A stretch of 37,212 bases of DNA from Limisphaerales bacterium (GTDB lineage Bacteria; Verrucomicrobiota; Verrucomicrobiia; Limisphaerales; UBA11358), in the NCBI GenBank assembly GCA_043776855.1, contig JAYVQV010000074.1, forward strand, positions 1 to 37,212, read 5' to 3'. Both the position numbers and the translations under genes were made by a program. Positions 19,276 to 26,818 of this stretch are shown one piece after another. The notes below the pieces were generated by a model. It made no database searches, had not been told where the DNA came from, and saw only the letters and a program-made list of their open reading frames with translations. Position 1 is the stretch's first letter. The number at the start of each line of letters is the position of its first letter.

Positions 19276-21080
19276 AGCCACCGTTACAAGCCGCCCGTCT
19301 CATCGGCGACAAACTCATCCGCGACACGCCCTTTGCCTACCGGCTGGAGGTCGCGCCGAACAACCGTGCGTTTGACCGGATGCACTTCGTGGATTTTGGG
19401 GGCACGTTCGGTCAGGGCAAACCGGCGGTGGCATTTGCGTGGACGCGGTTGACGGCGGCGAAGGCGGGCAAAATCAAAATCCAGATCGAACACAGCGACG
19501 GCTGCCAAATCTGGTTGAACGGAAAAAATGTTTATGTGCGCGCGGGCAAACGGAAATTGAATCTGCGGCGCGACGAGCGGAGCTTTGAAATGTCGCACGC
19601 GTTCACGGTGGATTTGAAAGCGGGCGCGAACACGCTGCTCCTCAAATCCGAGACGCGCGGCGGCGAGTGGCGCGTGTATCTCCAGCCGCCAAACGCGAAA
19701 GGCGCGGTGGTGAACGGCGCGTCGCATCCGGAAATCGGTTTGCGCGGCGTGCCGAATGTGGATGATAAAGTCGCCGAGCTGACGAACTGGCTGGTCATCG
19801 GGCCGTTCGCGGGCGGACGCGGCGCGCTGGAAAAAATTCTGCCGCTGGAAAAAGAATTCGCTTTTGGGAAAATGTATTCCGGCTTGGACGCGCCGGTGAC
19901 ATGGACGATTCCGAAAATTGAAATCCTCGGCAACCTGATTGACCCGCTGCCGTGGGGCACGAACTACCACTGGAATTATCACAACGGCGGCACGGCGTGG
20001 GCGATGCAGTTGCTGGCGGCGGCGACCGGCGAAAAAAAATACGCGGACTACGCGAACCGGTTTTGTGATTTTCATCTCGAAGGCATTCCGTTTGTCGAGC
20101 ATCAGGTAAAAACTTTGAACGCGGTCGAGTCGGCGAATCACTGGATCATTGAGACACCGTTGCTGGATTTCACGCTCGCGCCGTCGCTGCCGTTTATTCA
20201 ACGGCTGCGCACGGAGAAAAAATTTCCGAAGCGAGCGGCTTACGAAAAATGGATCGCGCGGATGCTGCACTACGCGCGGCACGAACAGATTCGCCTGCCG
20301 GGCAGCGGCATCTTCACACGCACGACGCCGGTAAATTTTACGACGTGGGTGGACGATATGTTCATGGGCATCCCGTTTCTCGTGCAGGCGGCGTTGCTGG
20401 CGAAAGATAAAAAATCACACACCGAATTTCTGAATGACGCGGCGAGCCAGACACTCGCGTTCAACGAACAGGTCTGGGATGCGGACGCGCAGCTTTATAT
20501 GCACGCGCGTTATTCTGGGAATCCCGTGAAACTCCCACACTGGGCGCGCTGCAATGGCTGGGCGATTTGGGCGATGAGTTGCGTGCTGCAACATCTACCG
20601 GCGACGCACCCGAAACGCGCGGCGATTTTGAAACATTTCCAGACGCACGCGGAATCGTTGCGGAAATTACAGGCGAACGACGGCTTCTGGTTCAACGTGC
20701 TGGATCGCAAAGATTCGGCAAAGGAAGTTTCCGGCACGGCAATTTTTGTTATGGCCTTTGCGCGCGGCATCCAACAGGGCTGGCTGGCGCGGGAAAATTT
20801 TTTGGAAGCCGTGCGCCTTGGCTGGTCGGCATTGGATTCGCGCATGGAGGCCGACGGCACAGTGCACGACATTTGCGCGGGGACAATGTGCACGGAAGAC
20901 GAGGAGTATTACGTCACGCGGCCGTTTTACGATAACGACACGCATGGGTTGTTTGCGGCGCTGTTCGCGGCGCTGGAAGTCAGCCGCCTGGGAATGGCGA
21001 CGGAGTTGGACGAACGCAGTGTGAAATCTACTGCGCCGGACGCACCGCACAAAACTTCGCTGGCTTTTCCGCCGGCTTGA
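19272..21080 (+). CDS. GH105/GH88-type unsaturated rhamnogalacturonyl/glucuronyl hydrolase with an extra ~230-aa N-terminal beta-sandwich-like region and no signal peptide
   Basis: The track ORF 19128..21080 is trimmed to the ATG at 19272 (ATGA overlap at 19272-19275). WVDDMFMGIPFLVQAALL and WARCNGWAIWAM are Glyco_hydro_88-family hallmarks. The N-terminal part (GCQIWLNGKNVYV...LKAGANTLLLKSE) looks like a sugar-binding beta-sandwich. Confidence 0.75.
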   Translation: MKPPLQAARLIGDKLIRDTPFAYRLEVAPNNRAFDRMHFVDFGGTFGQGKPAVAFAWTRLTAAKAGKIKIQIEHSDGCQIWLNGKNVYVRAGKRKLNLRRDERSFEMSHAFTVDLKAGANTLLLKSETRGGEWRVYLQPPNAKGAVVNGASHPEIGLRGVPNVDDKVAELTNWLVIGPFAGGRGALEKILPLEKEFAFGKMYSGLDAPVTWTIPKIEILGNLIDPLPWGTNYHWNYHNGGTAWAMQLLAAATGEKKYADYANRFCDFHLEGIPFVEHQVKTLNAVESANHWIIETPLLDFTLAPSLPFIQRLRTEKKFPKRAAYEKWIARMLHYARHEQIRLPGSGIFTRTTPVNFTTWVDDMFMGIPFLVQAALLAKDKKSHTEFLNDAASQTLAFNEQVWDADAQLYMHARYSGNPVKLPHWARCNGWAIWAMSCVLQHLPATHPKRAAILKHFQTHAESLRKLQANDGFWFNVLDRKDSAKEVSGTAIFVMAFARGIQQGWLARENFLEAVRLGWSALDSRMEADGTVHDICAGTMCTEDEEYYVTRPFYDNDTHGLFAALFAALEVSRLGMATELDERSVKSTAPDAPHKTSLAFPPA

Positions 21081-21095
21081 AGCAATTTAAGCGTT

Positions 21096-22277
21096 GTGAA
21101 ACCCAAGCAAAAACGCATCGCGCTGATTGGCCTGCCGGTTTTCCAGTCCATCAACAACCTGGCTTGTGTGGCCATCGCGCGGCACGCGGAGGAAACGGGG
21201 CGCTGGCGGTTTGTGTTTTCGGCGGAGGCGTCGGTGGCGGCGTTCAAGTTTCTGCGCACGCTGGATTGCGACGGCGCGATTGTCCGCATCACGTCGGAGG
21301 CGATGAAGCGTGAGGCAAAGAAAATAAAATTTCCCATCGTCAATGTCTCCTCCTGGCTCGCGGAACCGGGCGTGCCGTCGGTGCGGCATGATTACCGGGC
21401 GCTGGGGCGGATGGGCGCGGAGCATCTGCTGGAAAAAGGTTTTCGCCGCATCGGCTGCGTGATTGTGCCGGGCGGATATTTTATTCAGGAACGGTTCACC
21501 GCCTTCCAGGAAACGCTAAAGGCACATGGGTTGAAGCCGCAATTATTTCACCTGCGGACGACGCAGCCCACCCTGCCCCAGCCCATCGCCGCCGAGGAGC
21601 GGCGGCGTTTCGGCGACTGGCTGCGGACGTTGCAGAAGCCGGCCGCCGTGGCGTTGATGGACGACTGGGACGCGCCGACCCTGATGGCGGTGTGCCGCGA
21701 GGTCGGTTTGGAAATTCCACGCGACCTCGTGATGATCACGACCTGCAATCACAGCGAAGTATTGCCGCAATGCCCGATCCCATTGAGCGCGGCGCTGGAA
21801 AATCACGAACTGCTTGGTCGTCTCGCCGTGGCGTGCCTCGACGATTTGATGTCCGGCAAACGTCTGGAAAATTTCACCGTCACCGTGCCGCCGCTCGGAG
21901 TGGCGGCACGCGCTTCGACCGCGACGATGGCTATTGAAGATCGCGAGGTGGCGCACGCGGTGGAGTTCATCCGCGCGCACGGCTTCGAGCCGATTAACAT
22001 TTCGGATGTGTTGACGTGCGTAAATATTTCCCGCGTGACGCTGGAGCGCCGCTTCCGGCAGGTCATCGGCGACACGCCGCACGAATACCTCATCAAGCAC
22101 CGCATCCGCCGCGCGCAGGAGTTGCTGTTACAGGATCCGCCTCCTAGTTTGCAGGCCATCGCGAAGCAGTCTGGACTGCCGGATCGGCGCCGCTTGAACC
22201 AGGTCTTTCGCCGCGCGACGGGCAAAGCTCCGTCCGTCTGGCGCGAATGGGCGCTGAAGCAGCGTGTGAAACTTTGA
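21096..22277 (+). CDS. XylR-type hybrid transcriptional regulator: a LacI/periplasmic-binding-protein-like sensor domain plus a C-terminal AraC-family HTH
   Basis: GTG start at 21096, 15 nt after the GH105 stop. The N-terminus KRIALIGLPVFQ...GRWRF..., then RIGCVIVPGG, fits a sugar-binding fold. The C-terminus ISDVLTCVNISRVTLERRFRQVIGDTPHEYLIKHRIRRAQELLL...LQAIAKQSGLPDRRRLNQVFRRATGKAPSVWR is a double AraC HTH. Confidence 0.8.
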   Translation: MKPKQKRIALIGLPVFQSINNLACVAIARHAEETGRWRFVFSAEASVAAFKFLRTLDCDGAIVRITSEAMKREAKKIKFPIVNVSSWLAEPGVPSVRHDYRALGRMGAEHLLEKGFRRIGCVIVPGGYFIQERFTAFQETLKAHGLKPQLFHLRTTQPTLPQPIAAEERRRFGDWLRTLQKPAAVALMDDWDAPTLMAVCREVGLEIPRDLVMITTCNHSEVLPQCPIPLSAALENHELLGRLAVACLDDLMSGKRLENFTVTVPPLGVAARASTATMAIEDREVAHAVEFIRAHGFEPINISDVLTCVNISRVTLERRFRQVIGDTPHEYLIKHRIRRAQELLLQDPPPSLQAIAKQSGLPDRRRLNQVFRRATGKAPSVWREWALKQRVKL

Positions 22278-22315
22278 CGCAATTCAGTATGCCGTTGCCG
22301 CAACTTCACCCCTCG
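22275..22315 (+). promoter_or_regulatory. Conserved direct-repeat box. Candidate operator upstream of the LamG-lyase gene.
   Basis: Reads tgaCGCAAttcagtatgccgttgcCGCAActtcacccctcg. The cores start at 22278 and 22299, 21 nt apart. The leading TGA is the regulator's own stop codon. Confidence 0.5.
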
Positions 22316-22358
22316 TGAATTTTCGTTTTAATGTGAGTTTAAGGTTATCCTAAAAATT

Positions 22359-25300
22359 ATGCGCCGATTGACGACTTTAATTTTGTTTCTGGCCGCCGCT
22401 GTAAAAGTTTTTACCGCGCCGGCGATTCTATTTCAGATGAATCAAACGCCCGTGACCGGCAACAACGCCATCACGAACGCGGCGACCACGAACAGCGCTT
22501 ACTGGGGCACGCTGAAAGGTTCCGGCGCGCTGCCCGTGCTCACGAACGGCGCGAGCGCGAACACCGGCAGCGCGTGGCAGTTCAACGCTGGCTACTACCT
22601 TGGCGTCGGGCCGGACGCGGTGACACGCAGTCTGGGCGACATCACGAACACCACTGGCTTGAGCGTGGCGTTCTGGGTGAAATACACGAACAGCGCCACG
22701 TTCGTCCGCGTCTGCGGCTTGGGCGGCAGTGGCGAGACGTTTGATTTTTCCACGCAAAGCGGCGGCAAGATGATGTTCGCCGCCGGCTATCAGCCGACCG
22801 GCACGCGCTGGGTGAGCCTGACGCCGAACAATGTCGTGTTCGACGGCCAGTGGCATCATGTCGTGGGCGCGGTGGATTTTCGGCGGACTGTGAACAACGC
22901 GGTAGTGTTTGTGGACGGCGTGCCGGTGTTGACCAGTTCGGCGACAATTTTCAACTCCATCACTAATTCCGGCACGTTGAACATTGGTGCGCGCGGCAGT
23001 GGCAGTGCGACGGCGTGCGCGATTGACCAGTTCATCGTTTACACGAACGCCCTGCAGGCCGCCGAAGTCGCGCAGCTTTTTGCGCTGGGCAACGTGACGA
23101 ATTACGCGCCGATCATTTCGGTGAGCGCCGCGCAAACTTCACTGGCCTGGACGAACGGCGCGGCGAACATTTCAACCAGTTTGGCAGCGCTCATCAGCGA
23201 CGACGGCCTGCCGAATCCGCCGGGACGCGTGACGAACCTGTGGACGCAGACGAGTGGGCCGACGAATTCCTTTGCGACGTTCGTCTCGCCGACCAACGTC
23301 ACGACGACGGTGACGTTCACCAACACCGGCCTCTACATTCTGCGCTGCACGACGCGGGATGGCGTCTTGAGCAATTGGGATGAGGCGACCATCAACGTTT
23401 TTTCCAACGCCGCACCGGTGGTTGCTGCTTGGGCATCAGTGACAACTTTGCTTTCAACAAATCCGGCGACGATTTCGCTCGCGGGCTGGGCCCAGGACGA
23501 CGGCATGCCGAATCCGCCCGCGCTGACCACGAGCCTGTGGACGCGCGTGAGCAGTCCCGGCAACGTCGCGGTGACATTCGCAAATCCGGCGAGCGTCAAC
23601 ACCAGCGTCACCATCCCGACCAACACCGGCACTTACGTCCTGCGGCTCACGGCGAGCGACAGCCTGTTGAGCGGCTCGGCAGATGTGACGATCAACGTGG
23701 TGACCAATCTCGCGCCGGTTTTAAGCGCATGGACAACCGCCCCCATCGCGCAATGGCCGTCGAATCAATTCACGTTGCAGGCGATGGTGGCTGACGATGG
23801 CCGTCCGAATCCACCCGGCGTGGTGACGAGTTTGTGGAGCAAGGTGAGCGGGTCGGGCGCGGTGACGTTCGGCAATGCAGCAGCGTTGAACACGACTGCT
23901 ACTTGCACGTTGCCGGGTGTTTATCAATTTCGGCTCGTGGCTTCGGACAGTGCTTTGTTCGCGACGAATGACGTCTGGGTGAACATTTGGTCAAACAGTC
24001 CCGGCTGCCTGCCGCCGCCTTCCGTGCGGACGCTCTCCGCCACGCCGCCGCCGTATGTGCATCCCAGAATTTTCTTCACGGACGCGGATCGCCCGGCGAT
24101 GCAGGTGCGCGCGACGAACGACACGATTGTGCAGGAGGGAATTTATCAGGCGACCTATGGTTTGTTTGCCGTGGTCTCGAACACGATTGACAACGCCGCC
24201 AGCACGGTCGGCCAGACGTTCGCGCGGCTTGCAGCCGGCGACACGACGGTGGATACGATGGCGCTGGTGCAGCAGCAATCCACCGGCGAATTTTTGAATG
24301 GCGACGTTGGCTCCGGACTTTACGGGCCGATGGCTTCGGCGTGTTACCTCGCATGGCTCTGGCCGACGAACACCGCGCGCTTGCAGCAGCTCGCCACGGC
24401 GGTCGCCACGGCGGCGACCTGCCATCAGAGCTGGTATGTGAATCTTCCCGACAGCAGCAAGGGCGAGCTGTCGCCGGACGTTTATGCGGACATCGGTTTT
24501 TGCTACGACCTCATGTATAACTGGATGTCGGCGTCACAGCGCGCGACGACGCGGAATTTTATTTCATTGATGACGACCAACCGCCACACGATTGGCTGGA
24601 ATGAAACGGATTATTCTGACTCGACCAACTGGCGCGACTTCCACGATCACCTCATCCTTGCGCAGCTTGCCATCGAGGGCGAAACGGGCTTCGACGCCGT
24701 GGCACTGGCGACGAATGCCGCGTCGCTGAAAACCTTCACGACGCGCTGGGGAATCACCGAGGGCGGTTTCAACCGCGAGGGCATGGGCTATTTCGCGATG
24801 GGCATGAGGAACGGCATCCTCGCCGCCACGGCGCTTTCGCGGCGCGGCGAAAATCTGCTCGTCACCACGCGCCTCTTCAATTCGCAGCAAGAAGCCTTCT
24901 ACGAACTCGCGCCGTGGGGCTATTACATCTACGACCATCAGGACGGCGGCGGCTGGGGCAACGGCGGCGGCGGTGGCATCGCCTACTACTATATGATGAA
25001 ATACCTCTTTGCGGACGACCCGATGGCAGACTGGATTTTTCAGAACAACCGCATCTATACGTCCAACAGCAGCCAGCCGCTGATCAAGGCCATCTTCGGT
25101 GCCGGCCCGCTGACGAACAACCCAAGCTTCGCCGTGGCCGGCCCGGCGAAAAATTTGTCGCTCGGAAAATTTGATCCGCAGCGTGGCTTCGGCGTGGCGC
25201 GCTCGGACTGGGGAACGAATGCCATGCAACTCGACTTCGATTGCCGCTTCGACACGATGACGCTGGGGCATCTGCATTCCGACCGGAACAATTTCACGCT

Positions 25301-26741
25301 GCTGTCGCATGGCCGCGTTTGGATTGGCGACCCCGGCTACCACCTGACGGAAAACGACGGACATGCCACCGTCTTGATTGACGGGCTTGGCCAGGCGGGA
25401 ACGGCGGGCAGCAATCATTGGCCGAGCTTGCCGGCGCACTTCGTGGAATTTCGTGGTCAGCCGATGGTGTCGCTGTTTTCCGGCGATGCCAAGCCGGCCT
25501 ACGATTATTCGTGGGACTGGGCGAATCTCGGCGGCGGTGCCGGCTACCAACCTTACACCAGTTACGTCGGCACCGGCCTCACAACGCCGTGGCGCTGGCT
25601 GGATTTGATGTATGCGCCGCCCAGTGATTTGACCGGCGCGAACGCGTGGATGACCAATTATGTCCGCGCGAATCCGGCAATGTTTAATCCGGTGCAACGC
25701 GCCTTCCGCACGGCGATGCTGCTGCGCGGCACGAAACCTTATGCGCTGATCGTGGACGACATTCAAAAGGACAACGCCACGCACACCTACGACTGGTCGG
25801 CGAACACCATCGGGCTGGATCCGCTTTCCGGCTTTGATGATCCGAATCCTGACGTGAGTTTTGTGTCCGCGCCGGATGCGACGAATGCCGTTCTCTATCA
25901 CGCCGCCGACACGAACGGCTGGCAGCCGCGCCTGCTCGTGCGCGTGCTGGACGCGAAGGGTGTGGCCGTGCCGGTGCAAATCGTGGATACGATCAACGCG
26001 CTCGGCAACCGCACTAAGCGCCTGGTCGTGTCGCGCAGCAACGTCGCCGCACCGGATTTCAAAATCCTCCTCTTCCCGCATCTTGCGGGCGAGGCATTGC
26101 CGGTGACAACGTGGAGCAACAACGTCGTCACCGTCACGATGGCGGACGGACAGATTGATCGAATTTATTTCAACACGAATGCCGATGGCCGCACGCGGAT
26201 TCAGACTTACCGCGTCGCCGGACAAAGCGCGGTGCCAAACATTCCCAGCCTCACCGCAACGGCGGGCGTGGCGCAAGTTTCGCTGAACTGGAACGCCTCA
26301 ACCGGCGCGACGGGCTACGTTCTCAAAGTTTCCACGAACAGCGGCGCGGTTTACTCCGTCGTCGCCAGCAATCTTTTAGCGACAGGTTTCACCAATGTAA
26401 ATTTGTTGCCCGGCACCAATTACACCTACGCCGTCGCCTCCATCAATACGAACGGCGTCAGCGAAGATTCCGCGCCAGCCAGCGCGGTTCCGCTGGCCGC
26501 CGTAACCACGCCACCAGTCATCTCGAACATTCAAATCATCGGTGGCAATCTCGTCATGACCGGCACGAACGGAACAGCGGGCGGAAACTGTTTTGTGCTG
26601 GCAACGACCAATCTCACGCAGCCCATGGCGAACTGGTCGTTCATCGCCACCAACCAATTCGGCGCGGGCGGCGCGGTGATTTTTACTAATCCGCTCAACC
26701 CCAATTCGCCGCAGACATTTTATCGGCTGCGGCTGCCCTGA
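22359..26741 (+). CDS. 1460-aa secreted multidomain protein: LamG/ConA-like domain, three Ig/PKD-like modules, heparinase II/III-like core (paralog 3), FN3 domain, and a C-terminal FYRL module
   Basis: Signal-like start MRRLTTLILFLAAAVKVFTA. LamG-like motifs are FDGQWHHVVGAVD, LNIGARG and IDQFIVY. Three tandem ~100-aa modules each contain DDG[LMR]PNPP....LW (nt 23103-23996). Lyase-core motifs are YVHPRIFFTDADRPAM, LGHLHSDRNNFTLLSHGRVWIGDPGY...HATVLIDGLGQ and NPVQRAFRTAMLLRGTKPYALIVDDIQKD. The FN3 domain lies at nt 26235-26498 (SLNWNASTGATGYVLKVS...YTYAVASINTNG). The last 80 aa end in QTFYRLRLP. Confidence 0.8.
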   Translation: MRRLTTLILFLAAAVKVFTAPAILFQMNQTPVTGNNAITNAATTNSAYWGTLKGSGALPVLTNGASANTGSAWQFNAGYYLGVGPDAVTRSLGDITNTTGLSVAFWVKYTNSATFVRVCGLGGSGETFDFSTQSGGKMMFAAGYQPTGTRWVSLTPNNVVFDGQWHHVVGAVDFRRTVNNAVVFVDGVPVLTSSATIFNSITNSGTLNIGARGSGSATACAIDQFIVYTNALQAAEVAQLFALGNVTNYAPIISVSAAQTSLAWTNGAANISTSLAALISDDGLPNPPGRVTNLWTQTSGPTNSFATFVSPTNVTTTVTFTNTGLYILRCTTRDGVLSNWDEATINVFSNAAPVVAAWASVTTLLSTNPATISLAGWAQDDGMPNPPALTTSLWTRVSSPGNVAVTFANPASVNTSVTIPTNTGTYVLRLTASDSLLSGSADVTINVVTNLAPVLSAWTTAPIAQWPSNQFTLQAMVADDGRPNPPGVVTSLWSKVSGSGAVTFGNAAALNTTATCTLPGVYQFRLVASDSALFATNDVWVNIWSNSPGCLPPPSVRTLSATPPPYVHPRIFFTDADRPAMQVRATNDTIVQEGIYQATYGLFAVVSNTIDNAASTVGQTFARLAAGDTTVDTMALVQQQSTGEFLNGDVGSGLYGPMASACYLAWLWPTNTARLQQLATAVATAATCHQSWYVNLPDSSKGELSPDVYADIGFCYDLMYNWMSASQRATTRNFISLMTTNRHTIGWNETDYSDSTNWRDFHDHLILAQLAIEGETGFDAVALATNAASLKTFTTRWGITEGGFNREGMGYFAMGMRNGILAATALSRRGENLLVTTRLFNSQQEAFYELAPWGYYIYDHQDGGGWGNGGGGGIAYYYMMKYLFADDPMADWIFQNNRIYTSNSSQPLIKAIFGAGPLTNNPSFAVAGPAKNLSLGKFDPQRGFGVARSDWGTNAMQLDFDCRFDTMTLGHLHSDRNNFTLLSHGRVWIGDPGYHLTENDGHATVLIDGLGQAGTAGSNHWPSLPAHFVEFRGQPMVSLFSGDAKPAYDYSWDWANLGGGAGYQPYTSYVGTGLTTPWRWLDLMYAPPSDLTGANAWMTNYVRANPAMFNPVQRAFRTAMLLRGTKPYALIVDDIQKDNATHTYDWSANTIGLDPLSGFDDPNPDVSFVSAPDATNAVLYHAADTNGWQPRLLVRVLDAKGVAVPVQIVDTINALGNRTKRLVVSRSNVAAPDFKILLFPHLAGEALPVTTWSNNVVTVTMADGQIDRIYFNTNADGRTRIQTYRVAGQSAVPNIPSLTATAGVAQVSLNWNASTGATGYVLKVSTNSGAVYSVVASNLLATGFTNVNLLPGTNYTYAVASINTNGVSEDSAPASAVPLAAVTTPPVISNIQIIGGNLVMTGTNGTAGGNCFVLATTNLTQPMANWSFIATNQFGAGGAVIFTNPLNPNSPQTFYRLRLP

Positions 26742-26746
26742 ACGCG

Positions 26747-26788
26747 TGACGCAAATAGACACGCCGTTGCCGCAAGTTTTGCCCTGTG
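26747..26788 (+). promoter_or_regulatory. Conserved direct-repeat box. Candidate operator upstream of the SASA-type esterase gene.
   Basis: Reads tgaCGCAAatagacacgccgttgcCGCAAgttttgccctgtg. The cores start at 26750 and 26771, 21 nt apart. The 13-nt spacer segment gccgttgccgcaa is identical to the copy at 22291-22303. Confidence 0.5.
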
Positions 26789-26818
26789 CGGGTGGAACTT
26801 TCTGGGCAATCTTTAACG

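Noticed and set aside
26786-26818. GTG starts proposed by the track for the SASA esterase (26786) and the giant protein (28679).
   Set aside because: The 26786 GTG falls inside the conserved intergenic box. For the giant protein, the ATG at 28712 is immediately followed by the signal-like sequence. Both remain formally possible.
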